The notes under the pieces were generated by a model, which made no database searches, was not told the origin of the DNA, and worked only from the letters and a program-made list of their open reading frames with translations. A stretch of DNA of 64,000 nt. It comes from Trichoplax adhaerens (lineage: Eukaryota > Animalia > Placozoa). The stretch is from positions 5,502,336 through 5,566,335 of the forward strand of contig NW_002060948.1 in the NCBI RefSeq assembly GCF_000150275.1, given 5' to 3'. Positions 11,717 through 26,800 of the stretch are shown here, piece by piece. Within the stretch, counting starts at the first letter, position 1. Each line of letters opens with the position of its first letter. A program made the translations under genes and the position numbers.

Positions 11717-12592
11717 CGTCTCGATTGTAATGTGTACTTGTTACGCTTAGGTTATGTATTTGTTGCTAAAGCCATAAGTTAAGTTAGTGTTAATAATTAA
11801 TCAAGGTTTAGATAGGGTTTCTTTATATTGCGTTTTACTTAATCTGAGATTTGTATTTGTACATAACTTCATGAAATAGAGAATATATAGCATCTGTGTA
11901 GGCTACAGTAAGTATCCTAGAAGATTGGAGAATTTAGGACAGTTTTGATCTTATTGCCTGTCGATAACATCTTCTTTAACTGAAAAGTTGATAAAATTGA
12001 TGGCTCCATCAATTTTATCATTAGTATTTAGTAGCCTAACAGTACTTAAAACTAGGTTTGTAGCATCAATTTTTATTTTATATCAATAAATATACATATC
12101 TTACCATAAATTGACTACGGTTCTTAAGGGTAATACAATGTTCAACATGTCACTTTTTCTATAGTTTTTCTGTAACATAGTTCCTAGGTGTAGATGATCT
12201 ATCGTAATACTATAGCGCATACATTTAAAAAGTAACGTTGCTATAAAAATTGCTCGTAATATAATAGTATGCTTAATAGGATATCTTGGTCCAGTAGAAG
12301 ATAAAAATGTTAACTTTATACATTAAACAAATAATTTAGTTGTACTAGACTTAAGTACGACTGATGATAATAAAATTATGATCACAATATGCTGATTTTG
12401 ACATTAATAAATCCATATCATACACTCAAAATGAAATGTGAAGTTCATTTGTTCTAGAACTTTCAACTAAGTTCAGTCTCATATTACTGCATTTCTTGCA
12501 ACAGTAATTCTACCATTTAATAAGCTATTTGCCACTTAAGTAAGACGGTAGTACTTGCTTGAAAGAGCCATATTAACTTTAAAACTGTAAAT

Positions 12593-13744
12593 TCAAGCTT
12601 CAGTTAAGTCATCATTAAAATATATATGAATCGCTGGTAAAAAAGAGTCATCGTTCATGCCAAGTTTGAAAAATTCTTCAGAATCATCAGCAACTTCGTT
12701 CTCTTCTAGTGTTTTTGTCATGTCTAAATTTTTTCCAATGTATTTCCAAGTATAACTGCGTGCATGGGAATTGTATTTCATATAACGATCTTGAATCTCA
12801 TCTAAGATTTCTTCAGAGCAAACCTGCAACAAGCAATATTCTTAATTACAATAAATTTTATTTTATAATGTATCATTCTGTAAAGTACTTATGCTGCTAT
12901 TACGAAATATATAAAATTAATAGGAGATTAAGCTGAAGTTTAGTATTACTTCGATTGTTTGCTCTTGAGATGTTAAAGTATTTATAACGCGAATAAATCG
13001 AGTTTTCTGTGAAAGAAGGCCTATGCAATAGGCGTCATCTTTCCACCAAGGCTTTCCAAAATTATTAGCCCAATCACTTTGTGGATATGGCGGTGCAATA
13101 TGAATAAAACGGCCATGAGGTGTATATGGTACAATGCAACCGGTAACAGGATCGACATGCGTTCTTACCTAAATCAAGAGTGAAATTAATTTTACACTTA
13201 ATGCATTTACGTGTCTTTTAATACGATTCAATTTTTAAGATAAAAGCAAATACTGTAATATTGAACAACTACTCACATCTTTCGTTTTATCATCGAACCA
13301 ATGAGAAATGTCTTTACCAGCTGATTGTATAACTGGTTTCAAGAGTAGATCTCCTATAATGGATAAATGGCGTGGTTATTCGAGCTTACTAACATCACCG
13401 AATTTTAACTAATAGCCGTTGATTACCATATATCATATACTTGTTATAAATAAAATGATTATATTAATACGAATCTCAATCATTCACTCATACTACATCA
13501 ACGCAATAATCTACTCTTCAATATTATATGTTGTTGCCATACTTCTTTGCAGACTCCATCGGCAAATACTGTAAAACCTTGACAAGTACATCAGTAAGCT
13601 AGAGCTAAACGATGCCTAACCTGAATATTGATTACATAGCGGTGTTAAATTGTAAACCTTGCCCAGGAATGAAACCCATAAATCATCGATTGTAGTGTGT
13701 ATACTAACTTCGTTAGGAGTGAAATATTTCGGCCTTACCACCAT
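12593..13744 (-). CDS. CYB5D1: Cytochrome b5 domain-containing protein 1
   Basis: Four exons (13744-13621, 13353-13277, 13168-12950, 12823-12593): [106 protein letters not shown]. The C-terminus is characteristic of CYB5D1. Confidence 0.92.
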
Positions 13745-13832
13745 TGCGAATTTTTTTATCCAACTATCCACTTTAGTTCAATGTAACCTGATGTTGTTAT
13801 GGAAACGTAAACTGGAGTTTTGCGGAATTTAT

Positions 13833-13880
13833 ACAGTATAGTACTGTAACTGTACGGTACAGTGTACTGTACAGTACTCC
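13833..13880. repeat. (TACAG)/(CTGTA) short array at the divergent CYB5D1 / C3orf33-like promoter
   Basis: TACAGTATAGTACTGTAACTGTACGGTACAGTGTACTGTACAGTAC lies ~100 bp upstream of the CYB5D1 ATG. Confidence 0.7.
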
Positions 13881-15517
13881 TGCTCCGATTGGTGAGACAG
13901 CGGACAGATCATAAAAGGGTTCTATACGATTTCTACTCTACTGCACTATACTTTTGTACAGTATACTAAACATCGACAGTCTCGTAACGGTATGATTCCA
14001 GACCCGCCGACACGAACTAGACGGGCGTCCGCGCGTCTGTTCATTTTTTTGATCCAACAAGTACTGGACACTATATAGTGTTCTAAACTAGCGCTGTAGG
14101 CTTATAGAATATTATAGAATGAAATAGTAAACACTTGATTGCCCTGGAATTGTATTAGCTGCAAATCTTTCTCCTGAGCATTTACTTTGATTGCAAAATT
14201 ATTTCTTGCTATCATTTCTTACACAGTTGTAGCTCTTACTACTGATTAATTAATCTATTAGACGTTGTGATAATAGATAAGAGTTCTTGAGCTATTGATT
14301 TTAATTCTTTGGCCATCAGATAAGGACGATCGAGTTGTGTACTAGCTGCAGTGGAGGAGGCTGCCAATAATGAAGTGGAGAGATTGCTGAGGAGCAGTAG
14401 GGCGAAACGGTAAATAGAAAGTTGAATTATAGTGATCATGCATAGTTTACACTTCAATTTATCGCTATTCCTTACACTGTGTTGTATCCAAGTGTTTGAT
14501 TCTATGGTAAAGTGGGCTACGCACCATAACGGTGCCAAAATGTTGTATTAACGTGAGCGAATTGAAGGTCAATGCTGGTTAGAATATTTGCATGTAGGAC
14601 TGCAATTCTGCAAGAATAGCTTGCAGACAGACATGACGAATGGCGTATAGCATCTATAAAATAATAGTGCACCTATCACGACCAAGGTTGTGACACCAGA
14701 AGATAGTATAAAAATAAATGTTCTTTATCCTCGTTGATCCGGCAGATCTACCTCGTTACTTGACATTAAGTAGAACTACTCCTCTAATAATTAATGACTG
14801 TTTGCTTCTGAAGTGAAATAATTGGTGCTAGTCTACCTTTTATCCTACAGACAACTCTTTGATCGACGTGTATAACTACAGTATCTAGTCTACATATGGA
14901 AGTGAGAACTATCTAGTGTATCTGCTGTATTTGTTGTATTATCAGGTTTGTTGAAGTAGGGTAGACAATTTGCTATGCAAATAATTTCATATCAAAAATT
15001 TCACATCTAATTTTTTAGAGCTGTGGCAAACCAGCTAGACAGAAGGTGTTAATTACAGCTCCTATATCAACTTGCTTTTTTGTTAAATATTGATACTTGT
15101 CGATGAAGCGAATATAGCTGAATTCATAATTCTGTTATGAATTTAAACATCTCTATTGCATCTTTGATATCGTACCTAGTATACTGAACTGAAGCTTATT
15201 TTACTAACTGGTGTATCAATATTCGAATATCGTACAACAAAATTCATGATATATGGTAAAGTTAATGGGCATATTTGTAAAATTGTGCACGTACGCGATT
15301 ATAGTATACGTGTATTTACTGCGAGTGCATTTTGCTTTATTCTTCGCGGTAGAGCAAAAATCATTCGATTTCCAGTTTCCGTTGAGATAGTGACTTGTTA
15401 TGTTTAAAAACGATTATATATCATTTACTACTTACTAATTTATGCTTTCATATATTTTCATTCTTATTTCAATAGATGATAGTAAGGATACATTAGTCGT
15501 AATACCTTGTTGGCGAC

Positions 15518-17084
15518 ATGGGTGGCAAAGACGTGAAGGAAATGAATCCGTTTAATAAAGTTTCTATTTTTATAGATGACAATTTACGTACTATCAGGGT
15601 AAGTCTTAATACCTAATTTTTACTATTTTGATACCGAATCGTAAACATAGAAGTCATAAATGCTGTTACGAAATGAATATGATGCACAGCATACATTACA
15701 GTAACTGCATACTGCTATATATGATTGATTTGTAATACGACACTGATATTTACTGATCATTAAATATATAACGAACTGTATTATCTACAAAAATGATCGC
15801 TATATAGAAAATAATTGATAGCGGCATTGCGATTATATCCATTTTCGAGTGAATCATCCAACAGGAGATTCTGCAAAATCTCATGGTGTTCGTGCGCTAA
15901 TTAATCAACACTAAGATCGAATATCATAAGTGTTTCTAGAATGCGAGATACATTAATCTATCTTTCCACTGTTTACTATAGCTTGGTGTCACCATGTGCA
16001 TGGGTATCGGCTTAATTATCGTTGCACGGAGCGGTAGATTGGTATGTATGACATTTAGAGTTGAGATCACCAGCAAGTAGAATGATTAAATTGCTGTTTG
16101 GAAGGATAAAAGCAAAGCAAGACTTACAGTATCAGATTTATTAAGTTTCACCGTGTATTCCGAATGATAGTAATGTGACTGTGTATTATGACTAGTAGAC
16201 AAAGTTGCAAATGTCATATCGTGAATCGGTTTCATGCTCTTTACCATGTTTTACTGCCAAAGAAATGTTATAAATCGAGTCATTGCTTATCAATACATTT
16301 GTCTTAATTTAGTTGAAAACGTTCACATCTGTGTCCGATATACCCGAAAAATTTATCAGAAAAAATATAAAGTTACGTGGGATTGTAAAAAGTATTGACG
16401 AAAATGGCATTTTAATGGTCCAACATGTGCCTGTGTACCGACCTTCTCTTCTCAAATGTAAGTCTAAGTTGACATTTAAAAATTACTTCTTAATGATTCT
16501 TAACCATCATTTTACCTTGAATTTGACGCTCCTTCAATAGCGAGGGATCATTGTCCCTTGAATGTAAAATTATTGGGTTTAGAATTACATGAAAATGGTC
16601 ACTTGTGGCTAAAATCACATCTGCTTGACAAACATATTTGGTTTCAGCTGTTTAGTGTTAATAGCAAAGATACGCTGGAATGTATAATTTTCAAAGGCGA
16701 GGCAAGTATCTCATCTATCCAACTTTATTTATTATGCATTATCGTTGTATTGATCAAAAGGTGGCCTTTGTTTCACCATAGAATTTTATTATACGGTCTC
16801 GAATGAATGTGAACGAGTTACTCATTAAGGATGGCTTAGCTACAGTTACGACAATTAACCAAATCGAGAATAAACGAATTGCTAATGAAGTAGTCCGAAA
16901 GTTTATTAGAGCTGAGCTAAAGGCGGAAAAGAGCGAAAAAGGACTATGGATGACTTCTTCAATTGGGATCATGGATAGGCTGTCTAACCTCAAACATAAA
17001 TTAAGAGATTGGACGGATAATTTAAAAAGATCACTGATTTCAGCGCAATCACGCATAACTGGGTACTTTGGAAAGAAAAAATAA
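15518..17084 (+). CDS. C3orf33: C3orf33-like protein (single TM + staphylococcal nuclease/OB-fold)
   Basis: Exons 15518-15598, 15982-16041, 16313-16457, 16541-16701, 16782-17084, with a GC-AG last intron: FIDDNLRTIR-LGVTMCMGIGLIIVARSGRL-LKTFTSVSDIPEKFIRKNIKLRGIV..HVP..LNVKLLGLEL..WLK..IWFQL..NVNELLIKDGLA..AELKAEKSEKGLW. This matches the C3orf33 family pattern. Confidence 0.8.
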
Positions 17085-18169
17085 ATGGCTTTTGTTAATG
17101 TATCTATAGTATATTGCATATCTATTGAGCTGACGATTTTATGGTTTTACTGTTGCAACTAATGCAACGTTAATGTTATTATAGATATATAAGCATGTAC
17201 GTGTCATGTATAGAGTATGCGACAGGTATAATGATACAGCTGCATTATAGATGATTTTTTGGTGCTACACAAAATACATCTTGATCTGGAATTCTACGAC
17301 TATTAAAATGTACTAGCTTATACGTAAATGCCTTTTAGGCTACCGTATCTTTCATTGAATGCAGCATAACGATAAATTATTATCTCCAATGATCTAGGTT
17401 TCGACGTCACATAAGCATAATGTTCCAATGTCATGCAACCAATCTTGTAAAATATCAGCATCTACCGTACACTCTAGACTGTATTACAATTTAGATCTGT
17501 ATAGAAATATTTGCATCCAAGTATAGAACATATACAGTATAGCATACTCTACCTGCAGTATACTGTACGTTTAAATTATGAATTATTTGCTGGATACGAA
17601 GAATACTGGTATCATCTAAGCATTTTTGTATGCTATGCAAGGTATTGAGTTAATTCTGGAAGTTATCACAAGCTGGTTTTAGAGCTCTTGTCTGTTCCCT
17701 TATTCGAAATTTAATATTGCCAGTTAGTGAGCTCAATTGGTTTTTCATGCCCGTACACACTTCAGCTCGGGTATGCAAAGTTGCAGCGTTGTGAGCTACT
17801 GTAATTCCGCACGTAGTCGTTTTCCAATTTTAGTGTTTACAACAACATTTCTTGTCCATCAAATTGTCCATCAGCGTAGAAATCCCACAAGATCTTATTA
17901 TGAAATTTGTTAAGCGTATTTCGAACCGTTCCTTTTTTGCATACTCAACTTATATCATTTAATTCCCCCTTTTTATACTGCATGTGGTGATATAACTAAT
18001 AGTAATCAATTGATAAACATTTATTCGAGTATTAACTATAGCCGATGCATGATTAATTAATTTCATTCAATTTATTTATAAATTTACTATTAATCTTGCT
18101 ATCATTCACTTAGTTTGATCGTTTGGATCTTGTCTTGTTCGAATTATCCACACCACCGTCCGTCCGCAC

Positions 18170-18840
18170 CGAGCATGCGCAGTTTTCGACTGAGTTTTAA
18201 ACGTTAGAAAGACGTTTAAAAACTCCAAATGGCCAATGTGGCGCGTCCTCGAGGCAATCTCTTGTAAAGCGATAATACGGCTAAAATGGCTATTAAATCT
18301 ATATTAACCTAGTATTGTAGAGTATATGATTCGTCTACTGTATCGTATGCATGCTTAGAACTACTCTATAGTTTCATAATAACTGAAAATCCGATTCTTT
18401 TGGTGACCATTTTTAGGGCCTTCGTTGCCCATGACAGCGGAAAGCTTCGAAGGGTTCGAGTACAAAAACTACAGTTAAAATAATGTCGCCAATTGGTCCC
18501 AATGGGCAGGAGCGGATGCGACATTGTTTTTGCAGTAAATTATATAGTAAAGTATATTATAGGACTAAAAGTAATGTCGTAAATAAAGACTCATACTACG
18601 TAGCTGGGGTGACATGGTTTTTGTTGGAGCGGGTAGTATACAGTGATTTTTTTCGTCCAGTATAGTATTATTCACTGTAATCGCTAGGTGATTAGCATAC
18701 TAGCTCAAACCATAGTCCAAGAGCTATAAGAGCTCTAGTCGAGCATAACTCAGTATTCATAGTCACTGTCTACAACAGACTACAGTACAATCATAGAAAA
18801 AATTAGTACTGTAGAATGGACAGTATACTGTATAGAAACA
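18170..18840 (+). promoter_or_regulatory. Cyclin L upstream region: NRF1-like GCATGCGCA, CCAAT boxes, inverted repeat, TACAG motifs
   Basis: GCATGCGCAG at ~18173; near-perfect inverted repeat GAGTTTTAAACGT..ACGTTTAAAAACTC at ~18192-18225; CCAAT at ~18233 and ~18489; TACAGTAC/TACTGTA at 18780-18832. Motif matches only. Confidence 0.35.
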
Positions 18841-18912
18841 GAGTTGGCTCATACCCATTCACACTAACGCCAATCCAAATACGCGTGTAGCTCATTGTGG
18901 AAAATATCCATC

Positions 18913-21900
18913 ATGGCGGTGCCGACAGAATTCAGTGGCGTTGTTCTATCCCTTGAAAATACTATTTATCCAGATGAAAAACTACAAGAAACACCATCGC
19001 AATTAGACGGATTAAGTAAGGAAATGGAAACAAACTTACGAATTGCAGGTTGTGAATATATTCAAGCTGCAGGAATCTTATTAAAATTACCTCAGGTCAG
19101 TTGAAAATCCAGTCTATGCTGTCTACTCATACATTGTTACTACTTCTAGCATTGGATAAATGGATTGAATGTTGTAGATTATAGGATAGGAATGAGATAT
19201 TGTTGAGCTTTTTATCGAGTAATTCATTATATATACAACGCAGATAAAGGATCAGCTTTACAGTATGTAGGAATAGCTGTATGATGATAGTATTTGTAAG
19301 CTTATTTTTGTACACTATGAATCAACAAGCTTGATCATTTTGCGATCATGTTCTATATTGAGAGATCATTAATAGTGAGACAAAGATCAAGAATTTTCTA
19401 CATTTAACATTATTATTGTCATCAAGCTGGACGATCGATGACAAATTCATTTCCTACGTGATAGAGATGAGTGATTGTCAAGTCTGTCAAGGATGCTTAC
19501 GAAAACGATCGTTAGTAATGATGATAATCATTAATAGTCAATAGAAGATCAAGAGAGCTTATACGTTAATAATACGATCAAGCTATAGAGTCAATGCTTA
19601 TATGAGTAATCATCAGTAGTTAAAAGAAGATCAAGAATTCGTATACATTAATATGAAGATCAAACGATGGATTATAGCGCACTCATTTCCTACGTAAAGG
19701 AGATAGTCCTACATGAACTTCATAAAGGATGCTTACATTAATGATCGTTAGTAGTCGGAAGATTTATACTGTGTAATTGAAAGACTAATAAGAGTTCTTC
19801 TGCCTTTTCACGTTAATATTGCGATCAAACTGTAAAGTCGATAACAAGCTCATTACTTAACATGATGGAGATGATTGTAGTCCATGCTATTGATGCTACT
19901 AAATTAAGTTGTATTCGTAACAGCATTGATGTTCTTTTCAGGTGGCAATGGCAACTGCACAAGTACTTTATCAACGCTATTATTATTCCAAGTCTTTTGT
20001 CAAATACAATTATGAGGTAGACAAGCGATAAATTGACAATAACTTTGCTCTAATCTGCTTTAAATTCTATCAAGGACTCTATTCCTACACCGTATGATCA
20101 TTATAATGAGTCAAAAGTACTAATTGAATTCTGTAGCATTAAAGTACCTTTCTTGTCAAGAAATTCTATTCCATGGTATCAGCTTATATTGTAATCTAGA
20201 TGATCGACGGCATAACTATTATTATAGTAGTGATACGGTTATACTTTCTATAATTATAAAGAACTCGGCTTGCAAGCAAATAGCTTAAAACTAACATATA
20301 GTTTCCTTGATCATTTCAACCTTGTATGATAGATATGTGCCATGGCATGCATCTTCTTGGCTGCAAAAATTGAAGAGCATCCACGTCGTATTCGAGATGT
20401 TGTCAACGTTTTCTATCATATAAGACGGAAACTGAATGAATTGTAAATACAAACAAAAATACTTTCATACTATCAAACTAGTTGATACTGTGTTAATACG
20501 TGACTATCCGTTTATGTTTTTATAGGCCTAATAAGGTAATGGACTATATGAGTAACGAATATTTCCACAAAAAAAGTGAGGTTATTAAAGCAGAGCGACG
20601 AGTATTAAAGGTAATTCATTGAGGATACATACTAAACCAAGGCGTAACTTGACCTGTTAGACTGTATAAATCGTAGCTAGATTCAGTAATAATTTCTATC
20701 TTTTATGGATTGATTGCCATTTTGGTATATCCTACAACACGATTGATCTGTAAACTAAACTTTACGCTCTGTAATAACTTATTTAATTTACTCATGACTA
20801 TACTTAGGAGTTGGGTTTCTGTGTCCATGTCAAACATCCTCATAAATGTATTGTCACTTACTTGAAAATATTAGAATGTAACGATAATACTGAATTGATC
20901 CAAAAAGCTTGGTAAGTACAGAAGATTAGACGTGTTCTATCTATTTTCTAGATATTAAATATCGAATATGAATGCAAGAAATTAAACTATACATGTTCTA
21001 GTAAATGCTGTATTAATTTCATATTAATTCGCTTGGAAATTTAGACTTCATTCTGTGTATAGTAATGAAAATAGCTAAACATTTTTATATGCGCGGAAAA
21101 TCAAATTACGTCTGATATTTTACCTTTGATTTTATGCTACTTCTCTGTTATCCTACTGAATCAGTTCTTATTTAATGTGTTAACGTGTTATGCAAAATTA
21201 GAGTGTACTACATATAGATCACAGAAAAATGATACTTCATCATATAATAGTCTGTATTTGAGAGCATACAATCTAATTTTGCGTTTGATCAATCTTCCAC
21301 ATTGTGCAATTACCTGAATTAGTTAGCTAGTTAGTAATTAGTGCTATCGTATGCGTACGTGAAACTACGAATTATTGATGTAATTAATGCATACATACAG
21401 TAAGCAGTGTATTTTGTAAAAAAGGATTTAAGTTGTCGTGTCATAATGGTCGATTTATTATAAATATTATTGGCAGTCAAGTGATACGTTTTGATTGAAC
21501 ATTTTATTTACATAAAGTTTGTTATATGTTGCTACGATAGGAATTACATGAATGATAGCCTGAGGACAGACGTATTTATGCGATATACACCGGAAACTAT
21601 AGCCTGTGCATGTATCTACTTGAGTGCCAGACAGCTTGGGGTAAATTTTTTTTATCAAACTTTAAAGTGATGTGTGCTATGATGTTTGAATATAGCACGT
21701 TGCCTTCGTAAATGTCTTCAAGACTGGCTATGTCAATTATCTAAAATGTTTAATTGCTGTTTTGCTAATACCAGATTGGCTTACCCAGCAATCCTCCTTG
21801 GTATGAGGTTTTCGATGCAACAACAAAAGAGATGGAGGTATATTTGCTCATAGTTTCCGTAATTGATAGCGTTGACATGTTAATATACCAAGTCAAATAT

Positions 21901-23053
21901 GTAGTAGACATAATTGCTTCCTAATTGCAGAGAATAAGTCGAACCATTTTGCACTTGTATACGATTCCAAAAGTAAGTAATGTAACAGATGATATTACAC
22001 GTATGTTTTATGGTCAGTGAATAAAAAATGTAACCATGCTGCCATATTATTTACTGATAGGTAAAAGTTGAAGACTTAGAAAAAGAAATCGATGCAGCGA
22101 AGAAAATATTAGATGTAAGTACGAATATTCTTTAAAGTTTCTTTAGAATTTGGTGCATACTGTATATTGTTAATGCAAAAGTGCTTTATATAATTGAATT
22201 AAATAATTAATCTGTACCATACCAAATGTGAAAATTCTAGGAAAAAAGAAAAAAAGAAAAAGAACAGAAGCATTCCGAAACTGCCCAGACATCTATCCAA
22301 GGTTCACCGGTTGATTCTCCTCGCAATGGACAAAAAGGTAGGTTAACGTAAAGAAAGACAAACGTGAAACCTTGGCATTATTATTACCATTCTTGGTACT
22401 AAATCCATCTTAACTATTCCTTACTGTAGGTAGCCCAAATAAATCTAAAGAATTAGTTAGACAAGCTTTAAATAAAATCAGAGAAAACAATAAAGATAAA
22501 TCGAATCATCCTGAGTAAGTAATATTTAAATGATACCATTTTGCGACATTTTAAGTAGCGCACAACTACACATTCATAGTTTTTACATTTGTTTTTATGA
22601 TTATAAATTGTTGACATATGAGGATAACGTAATTTCTTTCTCATGAATATTAGGGATCGTGATCATAAGAATGACGAGAAAATTTCGACATCTAGGAGTA
22701 CCGATAGTACACGATCAGGATCGGAAATTTCGAGTGAAAGTAGCGATAGTTCAAGCCCTAGGAAAAGATCGCGCAGCCCTGTTGTAAGGTCGAGACATAG
22801 TCGACCGGGATCACCTAGCGATGATAGACACCACAGTAGTAATGTAAATAGTAAAATTGAGAAAGCTCGCGAAAAGGCTGGAATCACATTTAGAAAGCGA
22901 TCGGATTACCGTAGATCTCGATCTCGTTCGAGAAGTAGGAGTCCGTACAGAAGCAGATACAGGGATAGTTATAGAAGAGACGAAAGACGTCGAAGTAAGG
23001 ACAGAGACAGAAGGGATGATAGACGCCGTCGTGACTACTATGACAGGCGATGA
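18913..23053 (+). CDS. CCNL1: Cyclin L (cyclin box + C-terminal RS domain)
   Basis: About 12 exons: [125 protein letters not shown]. The last exon is Arg/Ser-rich ([11 protein letters not shown]) and stops at 23053. It is a single CCNL1/CCNL2 pro-orthologue. Confidence 0.95.
19365..19900 (+). repeat. Degenerate tandem repeats in cyclin L intron 1
   Basis: Recurring ATCATTAATAGT..AAGATCAAGA..TAC.TTAA..GATCAA and TCATTTCCTACGT..AGGATGCTTAC..GATCGTTAGTA blocks (3-4 partial copies). Confidence 0.6.
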
Positions 23054-23888
23054 ACCTGAATTTTGTGTTAATCGAAATTGGAAATACTTCATTTGACATA
23101 TACAGTACAAACTATAAATATCTAATCCCTGTTGGCAATTGTGGCGGAATAGCTATAACGTGTGGTACCTACCAAACGTATAAGAATGTAGATGATCCAA
23201 TCGATCGATATTCCGTTAATCGAGCACAGTTCTTGTTACAGTTACTGTACATAATGTATATTATATTTTCGCCGAGCTACTCTTTACTTTGATGTTTAAC
23301 TGCGTTTGATTAAATAAAAGCAAGACGTTTTTGTAAGAAATATTTGTTTTAATCATTCTTTACATGAATATTATAACTTGTATAAAAACGAATAAGTCAC
23401 ATTGCTCAGAGTAAACATGAAATAATAATACTATTTCCATTCTGTAAAACTAACATATAGGTAACAACCAGCGAAACGTTCAATAGAGCACATAATTTAG
23501 TGTAATACTGTAATATATTATTTACCTACAGTACAATACCAACCTTACAATAATACGTAGTTAAGTTTCAAATAAAAATTCGCTTCAAAATTTTAAGCCG
23601 ACAATCTACAAAATTTCTGTATTATCTTGCAACAGTCAATCGATAGATATTCTTTCATCTAAGTACTGTACATTTACATGATGATATGAAATCATACGCG
23701 CACTTTACTATTACTGTAGCAACTTAAAAAATGCTATCTTAAATCCTGCGAGGTTAGCAGTATTAATATCAATAACATTGTGGTACTGTACAGCATGACG
23801 TGCGGCCATCCCGTTACTCAAATGCGAGGTAGCCATCTAATCATTAACACATAGAAGGTCTATCACTAATATCAATCTATTTATTAAT

Positions 23889-26800
23889 TCAAGCCCGAGA
23901 ACTGATAGTTGATGGCTTTTTGGCAGACAGGATTGATCGACTTTTTCTTTTATGGGTGGTCGAACGTTTGCATCGAGACGGTGTAGCAGGATCTAAATTT
24001 TCTATGTCGCTATCAACATTGACACTAACTTCATCTGGATCGATATCAAATAGTTCTACATCACTGTCCTCTTCAAAGGAAAGATTTACAGGCTTTTTCC
24101 TATTTTTACGTTTGCTAACTGATTTTCTTGGAGCTAGTTAAAAGATGATAATACATATTTTAATAAAAGATGGACACCATTTGTCAAAATTGAAAAATTG
24201 AGATTCTAACTCTTTTTAGCAGAGGCAGCTCGCTGTGCGGCGACGTCATTTTCAATTCCCTTGTTCCTAGATTCATTTAGGCGATCTTGAAACTCTTCAG
24301 CTAGGGCCTATTAAAATTCTTCAAGTTAACTAACTTGCAGATTATAATCAGTTTTCAAGTAAACAGCTTACTACTGACCTTTGTTTCAGGCTTAGCAAAG
24401 CGTTTCATTTTGTTTAACACAGTATTGAAAGAGCTATCAACATCGTCGTCCACTAAGGCATGTTGAAAGCATGAAAAGTTTTCATATAATTTTCTAAACG
24501 CCCGGTCATTAAGATTTAGCAAAGATAAGCAATAAGCCAGATTTCTCCATTGTCGGTCGTCCGTTCTAAAGATAATGCAATAGGTTCATTAGGGCTAAGA
24601 AAGACGACATTAGAGATGCATAGATATTATTTCTTTAATAATTTCATGCCTAGCAATGGTGCATGAAAATTATGCAGATACTTACTTTGCGGCTCTAAAC
24701 CTATAACATAGCTTTTCTGTTAAATTTTCGCATTGTCTGTCTTTCTCGATGAAGGACATTACATATCTATAAAATAATAAAACATTTATAACTGAAGGCT
24801 CAATAATGCAAGTACAATGCGTAATAAAATATTATGATTAATATAACGAGTTTTCAGATTAGTATAGATCAATCATATAGATAATGTGCTCGTATTTAAC
24901 TACAATGTACGCAATATTAAAATATCTAATATTACTTTATTGATTGTTTTAAGCTACTTAGAAAATGGATCAAATATTATCAGATTGAATCCTTATCCGA
25001 TAATTACGTACTTTAAGATAGATCTGAAGCATGCTTCATTGACTCCGACTTCAACATCAGACAAGCGACTTATGATGTCAGGGAGAATATTGTACACAGC
25101 GTTGCCCTAAGTGCGTTAATATACAAATCGATATTCAATATCATCCATTCTTCGACCTCTGCCGGTGTGTACGAATCTAAACGATAACAACGTGTACCTT
25201 CTTTGATAATTCTGAGAAAAACAATTTAGCTAGATTGGAGATTTCTTTATTACTATCTTCAAGGCAAACTGCCATTTCGCTTATTTGTCCTTTGACTTTA
25301 ATCATATCATTTAAGATTAGATGTGTCAACACCTTGATAGAGTTTCTCTTGACTTCCAAACTGCTATCCTTTAGTCTAAACCAATGTGGAAAATAAATTG
25401 TTAAGTAGTCGATTTCAACATTTTTTATACATATAAGATTAAGCATACTTACTGGCTATATAAGTGCCCGGTCCAAGGTTCGATAAGATTTGGAAATCTT
25501 ACCGTAAGATCATGTAGAGCGACAGCTAGATTAGCTCTCACAGACGGGAACTGTGACTTTAGAATTTTATTTGAGAGATGAAAAGTCGATAAGGCAAAAT
25601 TTGTCAGTCTGAGAATTATATCAATGTGTCTTACGATCATAATTAGTTACCTTTTCAACAATTGTAAACAGAAGTTGCAAATGTTGCTCGCAAAATTTAG
25701 AACTAGAATAGCAGATTGTAAATCAAATTAGATATCAACTGAAATTTCTAGATAATTACGTTACATTACAATTATACCTAACGAGCATGCACTTAGCAAG
25801 GGCAACTGCTGCAGCATTTTGAAGTCCACGCTCATTAAATTTCTTAGAGTTGCCACATACAGCAACAATAAAATTAGCACAAACGGCTAACATACCGTTC
25901 CCTAAAGTGCAGAGAATCATATGTAAGTACTAAAAAATTTAATTTTATTGAAGAGTCACTAATCGCTTTCTCTTATAGGGAGCAATCCGTACCAGTAACC
26001 ACATTTGAATCACAGAGTTGCCTGATTAATTCCATTTCTGCGTCATCCGCGGCAGCGCCTACACAACCGCCTAAACCAAGGTCATCTTCGTCACTAGAGG
26101 AATTGATTTTCTAAAAAAAATTACAGGAATATGCCAATACATCCATTAGATGCCTCAATACACTGTAAGAAACAAATATGTCCGTAATAATTTCAAAATA
26201 CTTTTTTATTTCCTGAGATGGTTCGGTTATTTTCTTCGGCTTTATCCTCAGCTAGCCTTCGCTCCTTCAATTCCTTCGAAATTGTAACATCTAAATGCAC
26301 TAGCTGACATAGAGCGACGTCTCCGGCATATGATATGAATCGAGATAATAATCTCGGAGAAATCTCGTTGTGCCCGTCTTCTGTACTTCCTTAGTATCAT
26401 AACACAGCAACAGTAGCTAAACTTAAAACTAGCTATGATACAGTATACTCAAACTAACAATGGCAAGACTTTGCTAGCTTACCTTCGTTTATATCAGGCA
26501 TCAATTGCTTAACTATAGATTGCATGATTCTTTTGCAAACTTCTTCGGGTGAAAGAGCTAGGTTGTATACAAGCTTTACAGCTTCTTCCGAGAATGGTAC
26601 CCAGAACTTACATTTCAAGTTAGTAATACCTGAAATACGCGTACATGTGATAAACTTTAAACATGCATGTTTTTAATCCATATAATACTCCATACAGTAC
26701 TCTACCTTTACAAAGTATAGTAGTTATTCTTTCAAATATCATATGATCTTCAGGTAGGCGAGCGATTTTTATCTAAATAAGAAAGTTAGTTAAGATTTCG

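Noticed and set aside
13910-14070. snRNA-like segment (AAAAGGGTTCT start, ATTTTTTTG Sm-like site)
   Set aside because: The resemblance to U11 is limited to a few bases and the internal stems do not match. It is more simply promoter sequence.
14239-14538. 99-aa minus-strand ORF with a hydrophobic stretch
   Set aside because: It has a non-ATG start and no recognisable family or supporting exon structure. It lies in the probable 5' UTR or intron region of the C3orf33-like gene.
18415-18470. tRNA (GGTTCGAGT T-loop-like motif)
   Set aside because: No T-stem, acceptor stem or cloverleaf can be formed.
22663-23292. Alternative-frame and antisense ORFs over the cyclin L last exon
   Set aside because: These are shadows of the low-complexity RS-coding exon. 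Antisense ORFs over ASTE1, MTHFR, NCAPD2 and the C3orf33-like gene were dismissed for the same reason.
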